Assembly (NCBI GenBank): GCA_038087875.1
Contig: JAXLNO010001544.1
Coordinates: 62,001-110,082, forward strand
Reading direction: 5' to 3'
DNA from: Malacoraja senta
Taxonomy: Eukaryota
DNA: 48,082 bases
Numbering within the stretch: position 1 is the first letter of the stretch; the number at the start of each line of letters is the position of its first letter. Shown here one piece after another: positions 22,496 to 33,309 of this stretch. A program made the translations under genes and the position numbers. The notes beneath the pieces are model-generated. The model searched no databases. It was not told the origin of the DNA and worked only from the letters and a program-made list of their open reading frames with translations.

Positions 22496-23496
22496 TGCGA
22501 CATAACACTGCACAATGGGCTACATTGCTGATTCTGGCTTCAAGATTGTTTGCAATCACTGGATCTAATGGAGTAATTGAAAACCTCAGTGTCAAGTAAA
22601 GGCTCTTGCAAGTTGACCCAAAGATTGCAGTCACTGAGAAAGATTTACATAGGACCTTGAAGATCAAAGGGATGGAATGCTGGATACTTTACACAGACCC
22701 CGTCAACAAGGGCTACAGAGCAATCTGTGAACAGACTTTGTTTCCCAATCTCTGAAACTCAGTCAGTTTGTGGTTGAACAACTGAAGGGTGGGAGGAAAT
22801 ATATCAGAACAGAGGGTCCGAAATATTGGACAGGAATCCATTCATTGATCAGGAGAACAAGTGCTGAATATTTTCAGCATGATGAGAGATGTTGGAACTA
22901 CACTCATAAGAAAAATATAATGTCTCCACACACTAAAACGACTGCAAACTCTAATCATAGACACACACTGCATGGAAATAGGAACAGCAAGCACATACAT
23001 ACACAACACACATTTCATGTCACGAAGGAGTCAGCAGTTTCATGGGTAGTGACCTTTGAATGGATTCTGAGACCATATTAAAACTGCCTTTTATATGGAT
23101 ACACACTCCATGGAGTTTGGAATGGAAGTTATCAGACAACAATTGAAGCTGTTGAGCTAATGGTGGAGCTGATGGCCAAATGTTTGGCCAGAGACGCAGG
23201 TTCTGAGTAGACTAAAGCAGGAGAGGTCCAGAGGTTGAACTCCTCTCAGTTGAAGCTGAACCATCAGACGGGCTGTGAGATGTGGCAGTGTGTTCTCACT
23301 GCTCACGAGCAGTGCAACTCCCACTCTCCATTGACCAATCCACCACGTACATTTACAAATCATAAAGACATTGCGACAATACTCAATGATTAACAAAGCT
23401 AGTGGAATAAATACCTGATGGGAAGCTAATAGCACACCAACAGGGAGAGAGATCCCATCATAGGTCTGCTTATCCCAGAAAACTATTAGAACTCAC

Positions 23497-23570
23497 CGGG
23501 ACATTTCTTGCCACGGAAATGTTTTCATAAACTGCTCCTGGGGTCTGATCATCAGTTGCTCCAGACTGGG
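23497..23570 (-). CDS. Cytoplasmic exon 1 of copy B (YENI motif)
   Basis: ctctatttcacag|CC...CCG|gtgagt; 74 nt, phase 1-0; SQSGATDDQTPGAVYENISVARNVP. Confidence 0.88.
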
Positions 23571-23737
23571 CTGTGAAATAGAGAACAAGGTCTCACTAAG
23601 AGCAGCCTAGGAGCTGTGAATCGCACTTTGCTGCCCAACAGCATAATGACGGCTCTTTGACAATCGGAACCATCCTTTCCAATTTCACTAACTCCACACA
23701 GCGATTGGATCAGACTGAATTATTTAGTTACACATAC

Positions 23738-23872
23738 AGGACTGGTGGCTTCCAGATGCTCTGCGTCTGATGAGGCAAATGGCTCCAGTAACAGCAAGAA
23801 ATCCCAACACCAAAGGCAGAATGATCCAGGCAAGGTACATCACCACAACTTGATTCTCCTTTGTTTGAGAAA
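23738..23872 (-). CDS. Stalk plus transmembrane exon of receptor copy B
   Basis: ttctttgcag|TT...TCCT|gtatgt; 135 nt, phase 1-1; encodes VSQTKENQ VVVMYLAWIILPLVLGFLAVTGAICLI RRRASGSHQS (hydrophobic helix, RRR stop-transfer, no charged TM residue). Confidence 0.9.
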
Positions 23873-24459
23873 CTGCAAAGAAATCACATCATTGGGTAAA
23901 CATCAGGGAAACGTGATGTCAGTGCAGAAGGAAGCCACTTGGCCCATCGTTCTGTGCCAGCTATTTGAAAGAGTGATCCACTGATTCCTCCAACTCATTC
24001 CCCAGAGTCCTGCAAAAAGGTTCTCACTGGAATCTATCCAATTCCTGGTGGAACATTGCAATTCAACCCGCGTCCACCAGCTGACCCAACTGGCCACTGA
24101 ATAAAGCACAGTCCCCAGAGGCACCCTGTTCCTGTAACCTTCATTGACCATTCTGATATAAATATAAATGCACTGTGATAAAGGAAGGAAGGGGAGCACC
24201 GAGTGATCACAAGCCAGCGAGTTTACCTGGCCAGTTATTGAAATGCATTCAAATTAACCAAATAAGCATTCATTTGGAAATATTGAGTGTCAGCAAGATT
24301 TGACCCTGGAGCTTGAATTGGGTTTCGCTGTAACAGTGCGGAGGTGACACACAGATAGGTCAGAGTAGCAGTGGAGGGGGTTAAAGTGGTGACACCAGGA
24401 AGCTAAAGGTCACTCCTGTAGATGGAGTGGAAATCCTCCACAAAGCAATCACTCTATGT

Positions 24460-24690
24460 GTATTGAAAGGAACTGCAAATGCTGGTTTATACCGAATACA
24501 TGCACAAAGTGCTGGAGTAAGTCAGTGGGTAAAGCAGCATCTCTGGATAAATCGGATGGGTGATGTTTTGGGTCAGAACCTATGTTTAGACCTTGCACTG
24601 TTACTGTGTCTGATGAAGGGCTCTGACCCAAGACATCACCCATCCTTTTTCTCCAGAGATGCTGCCTGACACACTCCAAATTTGACTGAA
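24460..24690. repeat. Inverted pair of Penelope pLTR-derived units
   Basis: gtgctggagtaagtcag...gcagcatctctgg followed by its reverse complement. Similar pairs at ~29800-30060, ~34130-34400, ~41740-41950 and ~45450-45625. Confidence 0.65.
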
Positions 24691-24824
24691 CCAAAATTGT
24701 ATACAGATGCAACATGATCTGCTGGCTTTAATCCATAACACCTTGACCACAGAAGGCACGTTTGCTGGAGAGTATTTTATTACCCTACCTACTTGAATAG
24801 CACTTTTAGGGAGACATTGAATTG

Positions 24825-25625
24825 AATTAGACTTTATTAATCCCCTTATTCAGGGGAAATTCAGATGTCCTTGCAGCACACTAATAAAATACAACATAGT
24901 ATTAAAAAGAAGTTCAACACCAAAACATCCCCCCACATTGGGGGAAGGCACAAAGTCCAGTCCCCATCCTTTTGTCCACCCAGAGTCGGGCCCACTGAGG
25001 CCTCTACAGTCGCCGCCACGGCGCCCGATGTTCTCGCCGGGTGATGGTACTCCGGCATCGGGAGAACCCCCAGCGGCTTGGGGTACCAGGAACGACCACC
25101 TTCCCACCGAAGACCGCGGCTTCCAAGCCAACAGACCGCGCCGGACGGAGCTCCACACACTGGCAATCTCAGCAAGAGATCCCAGGCTCCGGGATGTAAC
25201 GTTCAGCGTCGCAGCTCGCTGCTCCACCATGTTCTCATCGGCGGTCCCAGCATACTGGAGTTCCAGCGCGGCGACCCAGGAAAGGCATCGCCCGCTCCAC
25301 GACAGCGCTCCAGCGCTGCACCGCCGCCAAAGCCGATGTTCTGCGCCGCCGCCAAAGCCGATGTTCTGGCCAGGTCCCCTCAGGGAAACGTCGCTCCAGG
25401 ACCCGCTGGTAGGCCGCAAGGACAGGTCGAAGGAGCTGCTTGGAGGAAGGCAACCCCTCCGACCAGGTAGGGACTCGAAAAGCAGTTTCCCCCTTCCCCC
25501 CCACACATAAAAAGATTAGGCCCCCTGACTACACACTCAACGTACTAAAAATAATTAAAAAAAGAAGGGGAAAAAACGGACAGCTGCAGGACAGGCAGCC
25601 GTTCTGGACAGTGCCTCCTCCGGTA
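24825..25625 (-). mobile_element. GC-rich non-autonomous retroposon, family X (copy 1)
   Basis: Shares head (cagctgtccgt...tttttatgtggg...aagggggaaactg...tccctacctggtcggag) and subterminal ggactggactttgt with 40583-41548; tail gaatttcccct...attaataaagt. Confidence 0.7.
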
Positions 25626-26091
25626 GGCGCTGTCCAGAATACGTGGACTTGCACCTCAAGATCCCGCTGTATGGGTCCTGCCAATCCTGCCTGCATTCAA
25701 TGGTATTAGCTATAAGGCACAGTTGGATAAGCTTGGAGTATCAGATACTGAGGTGTGTTCCTATACAAATATATAAAATTTAAAGAGGTATAGATAGCGT
25801 AGATGTAGTTGGGGTACGTTGGTCAGCGTGAGCAAGTTTGTCCGAAAGGCCTGTCTCCATGCTCTATGACCAATATTGCAGGGTCTAAGAACTTCCTAAA
25901 TTGTAAATGCATTAGAAGAAAGCATAAACAAATTCAGAAAAACAAAAGATTGAATACATCATATTTTTAAAAACACTGAAATGCATCATAGGTTTAAACT
26001 TAAATTAACTTGCATAACTGCAGTCCCAGCCCTTGCATGTTCCATATCTACACTAACAAAGATCGTTTAGTATTGTGTAAACTGAACTTAC

Positions 26092-26431
26092 CAGTGACAG
26101 TGAGCAGGGTTCCATTCCCTCTGATAGCTCCCCACACTGTGCAGTAATAGACGGCAGAGTCATTGAGCATCACGTTTGTGACCGTCAGGATGAAGCTGTT
26201 GTTAGAGGCGTCTTTCAACGGCTGGAACCGTTCAGTGAAGCCTGGTCTCCTTCGTACGCTGCCTCCTGCCTGTTAAAACCCACTCCATGTCCTGCCCGGG
26301 TAGTTCTCGGTACCAGTGGACGTCAGTGTTTCCCACTTCAGCGTTCTCCATGGAGCACCATAACCGTGCCGTGTCATCCTCAGTGACACGCTCGAGCCTC
26401 GGGAATTAGATCAGGATTGGAGGATTTCCAT
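26092..26431 (-). pseudogene. Ig V-set exon with built-in J-like G strand; in-frame TAA and frameshift
   Basis: Acceptor ctcccttaaag|AT, donor ACTG|gtaagt. V-set hallmarks: B-strand Cys, WYRELPGQ, MEWV, RF, DSAVYYC, GNGTLLTV. TAA at 26406-26408 (likely from CAA Gln). Length 340 nt is not a multiple of 3; the frame shifts near 26270. Confidence 0.93.
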
Positions 26432-26494
26432 CTTTAAGGGAGGATATCAATAGGTTATCATTGGAATATAAGGGTTGCTAGAAATTATTTAAAA

Positions 26495-26797
26495 CAGTGG
26501 CGCAGTGGTAGAGTTGCTGCCTTGCAGCGCCACAGACCCGTGTTTTATTCTGACTATGAGTGATGGCTGTATGGAGTTTGCACGTTCTCCCTGGGAATGT
26601 GTGGGTTTCCTCCAGGTGCTCCGGTTTCCTCCCACATCCCAAGGACGTGCAGGTTTGTAGCTTAATTGGCTTCTGTAAATTGTCCCGAGTGTGTAGGATA
26701 TAATTAGTGTACGTGTGATCGCTGGTCGGCGTGGACTCGGTGGATCGAAGGGTCTGTTTCCATGCAACAGTATATCTGTCAACTAAACTAAACTAAA
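26495..26797 (+). mobile_element. HE1/V-SINE in the intron 5' of the V exon
   Basis: Head CAGTGGCGCAGTGGTAGAGTTGCTGCC, V-domain, (AACTA)n tail. Confidence 0.9.
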
Positions 26798-26833
26798 GTT
26801 TGGGACTTACAAAATGTAACTTACCTTACTCAC

Positions 26834-26855
26834 AGACAGCGTCAGACAATAATTC
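26834..26855 (-). CDS. Candidate 22-nt leader mini-exon of copy B (ELLSDAV)
   Basis: Pyrimidine tract ttattttacctccttgcctag|GAATTATTGTCTGACGCTGTCT|gtgagt; phase 0-1 fits the V exon, giving ...DAVYG|NPPIL, a plausible signal-peptidase site. Confidence 0.5.
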
Positions 26856-27584
26856 CTAGGCAAGGAGGTAAAATAATTCAGTACTGGTGAAGAAATGTAT
26901 CAGAGAGTTTAATGAGATAAATAAACAATCAATCCAAAGATATGGAGAGAGTTGTAGGTGTAGCCCAGACTCCTTTTGTTTGTAAGTCCACTTGTAAGTA
27001 AGAAGTAAAAACACAGCCAAGTGATCAGATTTACTGAAGTGTGGTCTAGGAATGGAACAGTAAGCATCTTTTTATGGTTATGCAGCAGTGTTCAAGAGCC
27101 TCTGGTCGGGCGGCAGACTTGCTGATAATATTTTGAAGTCCCAGACAATTATCTGAACAAATCCTCGGGATACCGTTTCAAGGCTGTTGGTGACAGAGGT
27201 TCCTCGTGCAAACCTACCATCATCCTGGGGCGGGATGTGGACTGTTGTCAGGAGAGCCTAAGTGAATTCACACAGTAGGGGTAGTAAGGAAAACACTTCA
27301 CTGTATGAGATTCCAGTTCTGGAGAGCAGGAGCTCGCCAGGACAGTCACGTCCAAGCCACCAGGCGGGATTAATATAAAAGTAACCTTCTTTAATCAACT
27401 TTTAATCAACTTTAGATGATCCATCTTTAATTTTGCCCGAGTAGTGAGAAGCCCTCAGGTTGAATGGCACAATCAGGTGAGGCAGGGGGAACCATGCCTC
27501 GGTAAAATAGAGCATACAGTAATCCCTGATGATATTAACTGCCTTCTAGAAGCAGCAGTTCCTGTACTTCACTTTAACATCTGG

Positions 27585-27915
27585 GAGGTTCCCGATGTTG
27601 GGGGAGTCCAGAACCAGGGACCACAGTTTAAGAATAAGGTAGGCCATTTAGAACGGAGATGAGGAAAAACTTTTTCACCCAGAGAGTTGTGATTCTGTGA
27701 AATTCTCTGCCTCAGAAGGCAGTGGAGACCAATCCTCTGGGTGCTTTCAAGACAGAGTTAGATAGAGCTCTTAAAGATAGCAGAGTCGGGGGATATGGTG
27801 TGAAGGCAGGAATGGGGTACTGAATGTGGATGATCAGCCATGATCACAGTGAATGGTGGTGCTGACTCAAATGGCCAAATGGCCTACTCCTGCACCTATT
27901 GTCTTTGTCTGTAGG
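27585..27915 (+). mobile_element. HER1/CR1 3' end
   Basis: High similarity to 4700-5020. Confidence 0.88.
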
Positions 27916-27959
27916 TTAGTATCTATAATGACCCCAAAAGTGTCCACTTCTTTCGGCAA

Positions 27960-28240
27960 CTTCATTTATTCTTGGGCATTCAAGGCCATGATACAACCAG
28001 TCAGTGTGCTCTCCACTGTGCACGATGGAGTGCTCAGCAACGTACCCCTCACACCTCTGAGGAAGTAGAGGCTTTGATGTGTTTTATTTGAGATTGCATC
28101 AATGTGGTGGGCCCAGGACATATCATCAGAGGTCAGTATGCTCGGGAACATGAAGCTGTGGACTCTCTCCTCCTCCATCCTGCCGAGCTTCATGGACCCT
28201 TAGCTTTCCCTTCCAGAAGTCAACATTCAGCTTCTTGAAG
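27960..28240 (-). mobile_element. Rex1/Babar RT C-terminal fragment
   Basis: ERVHSFMF...DDMSWAHHIDAISNKTHQSLYFLR...CTVESTLTGCI. Confidence 0.75.
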
Positions 28241-28279
28241 CTCATCCTCTCATGTTCCTATTGTATCTTCCTCTCTCAC

Positions 28280-28730
28280 CTTGAATCTATTTCCCTTAAT
28301 TCTGGATTCGCCTTCACTGGGAAAAAGATTGGATGCAATCATCCGATCTACTTTCTTCATGATTTTATGCACCTCTATAAAATCACCCCTCGGTTTCCTA
28401 CGCTCCGAGGAATGAAATACCAGCCTGCCAAGCTCTTACTATAACTCAGTCCCTCTAGTGCCAGCCATATCCTCTTAAATCCTTTCTACACTCTACCAAG
28501 CTTAATAGCATAATTTCTATAGCATGGTGACCTAAACTGAATACAATACTCCAAGTGTCTTGTACAATTACAACATAACATCCCAACTTTTATATTCAGA
28601 GCCCAGCCTGCCAAACATCTTCTTTACCACCCTATGTACCTGCTATGCTATTTACAGGGAACCATGTACTTATATTTTTAGATCCCTCTGATCTATAATA
28701 CTCTCCAGGGTCCTATCTTTTAATGTGAAA
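28280..28730 (-). mobile_element. Old CR1 fragment
   Basis: caatactccaagtg (LEYC) and aaatcacccct (RGDFIE) remnants. Confidence 0.7.
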
Positions 28731-29354
28731 GTCAAACTCCTGCATCCTGTACACTCCTCCAGGGATTCTCTTGATCCTAGCTGCCCAAAGATCACTCCCC
28801 ATGCCTGCCATCTTCTTCACGCTAACAGGAGCATGGAGACTTTGAACTCTCACTATCTCATTTATTTAAAAAAATCCCCAAAGAATGTCCTCCAGTCAAC
28901 GCTTGCAAGCACCTGTCTAATATCATCAGAATTCAGCTTATTTCAATTTATAACTTTAAATTCGACACCAGTTTTATTCTTTTCCATAACTATTTGAAAA
29001 CCAGTAGACCGATTATCACTAGTACCAAAGTGCCCCCCACTGACACCTCAGTCACTTGCCCAGCTCTGGTACCCACGATTAGGGTGCGCTTTGCCTCCTC
29101 TGTTGGTAACTCCAGATAAATTGTCCGGAGCAGAATGAAGCCAGCTGCAGATGATGAGCTAATGACAGACATGTGTTAATGGGCAGAATAATGGGTTGAA
29201 GACCAGCTTGGGAAGCAGAGGGTGCATTAGGGGTGGATGGGTCAAAGCAGTCTTCTGAGCTCAGCACAGAGTAAGATGACAGACTATGAGAAGCAGAGCA
29301 AGACTCGACCGATTATGCAGACCCCTCAGCCTGGATTGAATTGAATAGAAAAAT

Positions 29355-29625
29355 ACAGCATAGAAATTATTGGCCCACCGAATCCACGCCAACCATTGAT
29401 CATCTGTTCATTCTAGTTCTATGTTATCCCACATTCATATCCCTGCAAATTAAGACCAATTTAAACTCCAAACATGAACCGTTTTTGGGTTGTGGGAGGA
29501 AACCGGAGCATTGGAGGTCACAGGGAGAATGTGCAAACTCCACATAGACATCATCCAAGCTCAGTATCGAACCTGTGTCTCTTGTGCTGTGAGGCAGCAG
29601 CTCTACTGGCCGTGCACCGTACTGC
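29355..29625 (-). mobile_element. Old HE1/V-SINE
   Basis: GGGAGGAAACCGGAGCA...GGGAGAATGTGCAAACTCCACA is the reverse complement of the V-domain. Confidence 0.8.
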
Positions 29626-30159
29626 TATCTCTGCTTATCTCACAAATGAGCTCACGGCTGATCTCTGAGCTCAGTGCCCTCCCCCATTCGTTAACCCCCA
29701 GATGAGACAGACTCCAGGATTCAACTCTCAAAGTCAAGCCCATGTTAGGAACCAGTGAAGAACAGTGTGGTGCGGGGACTCTCACCGTTGGAGTAGGTGT
29801 GAAGATGGACACAAAAAGATGGAGTAACTCAGCGGGACAGGCAGCATCTCTGGAGAGAAGGAATGGATGTCGTTTCAGATCAAGACCCCTCTTCCTAAGT
29901 TTTGGGTCGAGACCCTTCCTCCTACGTTTCAGATCGAGACCATTTTTCTACGTTTTGGGTCGAGACCCTTCTCTCCAGTGATGCTGCCAGTCCCGGTGAG
30001 TTACTCCAGCTTTTTGAGTCTGTCTTCGGTTTAAACCAGTATCTGCAGTTCCGGCATACACATTTGGAGTAGATATGTTCCGCACAGGAGTGTCACAGGC
30101 TCCTGCTGTAGACTCAGCCATTCAGTAGATTCTAGGCAGTACTGACAAGAGTCTTAAAA

Positions 30160-30830
30160 GTTGTTCTTCAATAGTCGTTCCCAAGTAAGTCCCTCGTGAT
30201 GCAATGTGTATGGAGATGCTTGATTAGACCAATCTGGGTTTGAACTTTCCTTCCACACACCTGACACGGGTGTAGGGATGCTGTAGCATCAGTGGACCAT
30301 CGTTTTTGAGATTCCCTTTTCTTTGTTTTCTCCATTTGAGCTTCCACATGAATGAGCACCAATATTTATGGGGGTTCACCAAACAGGCTGTGTGTGTGTC
30401 ACGGTTGTTTGTGTCACTGTTGAAATTAATCAACGATGTTCTAAGAGTGCCTTTGAATCTTGCTTCCTGTAACCACGTGACCATTTGTCCTCAGTCAGCC
30501 CCCCTGAAACTAGCTGCTTTGCTATTCTGTTATCAGACATTCTTCACAATTGTCACACTTGCCACGCCTCCAGACACTTGAGACTCTTTCCACACTCCTC
30601 CACTGAGCTATTTGGAGTTTCACCCGCATTTAATCTGCTCCCCTAATTGGGTGCCGAGTAATTTGTTCCGCATTCTGTCAGTTTGATAGAGGTTCTGAGT
30701 TCTGCCGGCTCCAGGTCTATATCTTTCGGTTCCATTTGAGTTTAGATTTTAGGTTTTCTTCAATACTTCTCGGTGAGCCTGCATTTGAGTCCTTTCCATT
30801 TCTGAGCCTTCTGACAACACTGTATAGAAT
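30160..30830 (-). mobile_element. RTE-clade LINE 3' fragment
   Basis: DNRIAKQL, RFKGTLRTSL and C-terminal zinc knuckle HPCQVCGRKVQTQIGLIKHLHTH. Confidence 0.75.
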
Positions 30831-32280
30831 GAACTGCAGATGCTGATTTATACCAAAGAGACACAGATTGCTGAAGCAACCCTAGGAGATGCAACACCTG
30901 TCCCTATACCTCCTCCCTCGACTTTGTCCAGGGTGCCTGACAGTCCATTCAGGTTAGGCAGAAGTTCACTTGCACCTCCTCCAACTTAGTCTACTGTATC
31001 TGTTGTTCAAGGTGTGGACTCTTATACATCGGTGAGACCAAACGTAGACTGGGCTATCGTTTCCCTGACAATCGACATTAGACAATAGGTGCAGGAGGAG
31101 ACCATACGGCCCTTAAAGCCAGCACCGCCATTCAATGTGATCATGGCTGATCATCCACAATCAGTACCCCGTTCCTGCCTTCTCCCCATATCCCCTGACT
31201 CCACTATCTTCAAGAGCCCTATCTAGCTCTTCCAGGGAACCCTCCTCCACCGCCCGCTAAGGCAGAAAATTCTACAGACTCACAACTCTCTGTGTAAAAA
31301 GTGTTTCTTCATCTCCGTTCTAAACGGCTTACCCCTTATCCTTAAACTGTGGCCCCTGGTTCTGGACTCCACCAACATCGGGAACATGTTTCCTGCCTCT
31401 AGCATGTCCAAACCCTTAATAACCTTATATGTTTCAATAAGATCCCCTCTCATCTTTCTAAATTCCTGAGTATACAAGCCCAGCCACTCCATTCTCTCAG
31501 CATATGACAGTCCCGCCATCCCTGGAATTAACTTTGTGAACCTACGCTGCACTCCCTCAATAGCAAGAATGTCCTTCCTCAAATTTGGAGACCAAAACTG
31601 CACACAATACTCCAGGTATGGTCTCTCTAGGGTCCTGTACAACTGCAGAAGGACATCTTTGCTCCTATACTTGACTCCTCTTGTTATGAAGGCCAACAAG
31701 CCATTCGCTTTCTTCACTGCCTGCTGTACCTGCATGCTTACTTTCATTGACTGCTGAACAAGGACCCCAGATCCCGTTGTACTTCCCCTTTTCCCAACTT
31801 GACACCATTTAGATAATAATCTTCCTTCCTATTTTGGCTACCAAAATGGATAACCTCACATTTATCCACCTTAAACTGCACCTTTCATGCATCTGCCCAC
31901 TAACCAACACCTCGCTCAGTCCGCCTGGACCTACCTGATCTCCCAGTTACCAAACACTTTAATTCCTGTTCCCATTCCTACATTGACTTACCTGTCCTGG
32001 GCCTCCTGCATTGCCAGAGTGAGGTGAAATGCAAATTGGAGGAACGGAATTTTGTATTTCGCTTGGGCCGCTTACAACGTTGCGGTATGAATTGTGATTT
32101 CTCTGTCTTCAAGTAACCCTTGCATGCCTTCTCTCTCCACACCTCCCCCACCCAAGTAGTACTAGCATCAAAGTCAACTTGTTGAGTCTTATTGTCTGTA
32201 ACTCATTTTCACCTAGCCCAAGCTAACAATGGCCGGTTTCTTTATCATCATTATTTTTTTGGATATCTTTCATTCATTTG
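30830..32280 (+). mobile_element. Penelope-like GIY-YIG fragment interrupted by antisense HER1 (~31075-31890)
   Basis: QVRQKFTCTSSNLVYCICCSRCGLLYIGETKRRLG; the PLE resumes at ~31895 (HLAQSAWTYLIS region). Confidence 0.85.
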
Positions 32281-32319
32281 TCAAGTCAAGTCACATTTAT
32301 TTATATAGCACATTTAAAA

Positions 32320-32730
32320 AACAGCTTTCGCTGTCTTTACTGCTTGCTGTACCTGTGCTTGCGTACTTACTTTCAGTGACTGCTGAATAAGGACACCCAG
32401 ATCTCGTTGTACTTTCCCTTTTCCTATCTTGACACCATTCAGATAATAATCTGCCTTCCTGCTCTTGCCACTAAAGTGGATAACATCACATTTATCCACA
32501 TTAAACTGCATCTGCCAACTCACCAAGCCTGTCTAAATCACCCTGCATCCTCATAGCATCCTCCTCACAGTTCACATTGCCACCCAGCTATATGTCATCT
32601 GCAAATGTTACTTTTAATCTCTTCATCTAAATCATTAAAGTATATTGTAAATAGCTGCGGTCGCAGCACCGAGCCTTGCGGCACCCCACTAGCCATTCTG
32701 CCTGCCATTCTGAAAGGGACCCGTTAATAT
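32320..32730 (-). mobile_element. HER1/CR1 RT fragment
   Basis: WQMQFNVDKCDVIHF...ADYYLNG...QRDLGVL. Confidence 0.85.
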
Positions 32731-32759
32731 GTAAGATTCTGTTGCAGATTCAGATGAAG

Positions 32760-33090
32760 ACAACTAAGGAAATCCAGCATATCTCCAACAACTCTTACCA
32801 ACGTCTACACATGCACTGTAGAAAGCATCCTAACGGGATACATCGCAGCCTAGTTTGGGAACTGCTCTACCCAAGACCACAAGAGTTTGCAGAGTTGCAG
32901 CTCAGTCCACCACACAGATCAGCCTCCCCTGTTTTGACTCCATCTGCACTGCGCGATGCCTCAGAAAAGCAACTAACATAATCAAAGACAATTCACACAC
33001 CTGTCATTCCTTCTTCTCCCCTCTACTGTCAAGCAGAAGATGCAAAAGCTTCAAAGCATCTGCCAACAGATTTAGCAACACCCCTCACAT
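32760..33090 (+). mobile_element. Rex1/Babar C-terminal fragment
   Basis: YTCTVESILTGYIAA...RKATNIIKDNSH...FFSPLLSSRRCKSFK. Confidence 0.75.
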
Positions 33091-33309
33091 TCCCTGGCTC
33101 CTACTCTTTCCCTGGTTACTCTTTGACACGTATACAATTGTACATCCCTGGGATTCTCCTTATTTCTGACTGCCAGTGATATTTCCTCATCCATCTTTTT
33201 CATCCGAATTTCTTTTTAAAGTACTCTTTTGCACTCTCAGCACTCAAGTGTCTCTTCTGTTTTCATATGCCTATGCCTAAATGCTTCACTTTACCTTATC
33301 GAATGTGAT

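Larger units (their letters stand above)
16544..26431 (-). pseudogene. Non-rearranging VJ-type Ig-superfamily receptor gene (V-TM-YENI-ITAM), copy B; V exon disabled
   Basis: Six GT-AG exons with matching phases (1/1/1/0/0/1): 26092-26431, 23738-23872, 23497-23570, 19947-19988, 19814-19856, 16544-16572. Conceptual product: YGNPPILI*FPRLERVTEDDTARLWCSMENAEVGNTDVHWYRELPGQDMEWVLT/AGGSVRRRPGFTERFQPLKDASNNSFILTVTNVMLNDSAVYYCTVWGAIRGNGTLLTVT-VSQTKENQVVVMYLAWIILPLVLGFLAVTGAICLIRRRASGSHQS-SQSGATDDQTPGAVYENISVARNVP-NAGDLQADPNTIYM-DLQRPTQSIYGHLQ-AGSKHASYS*. Confidence 0.9.

Noticed and set aside
24850-25510. Overlapping long ORFs on both strands (also 40664-41491, 44496-45186, 15832-16461, 45551-46145)
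   Set aside because: Expected from GC-rich repeats with few stop codons; no recognisable domains.
26092-26431. Calling the V exon a TCR gamma or Ig light-chain segment
   Set aside because: No complete RSS, no separate J or C exon, R instead of F/W before GxG, and the next exon is a TM followed by an ITAM tail.
26834-26900. Single leader exon ATA(for ATG)-HFFTSTELFYLLA*ELLSDAV
   Set aside because: It needs two mutations, and its hydrophobic part coincides with a polypyrimidine tract ending in AG; the 22-nt mini-exon reading is simpler. Not fully excluded.
27218-27223. ATGATG|GTAGGT as first coding exon
   Set aside because: It gives no hydrophobic signal peptide, and the adjacent sequence (ggggc.ggatgtggactg) recurs at ~19095, suggesting an old repeat.
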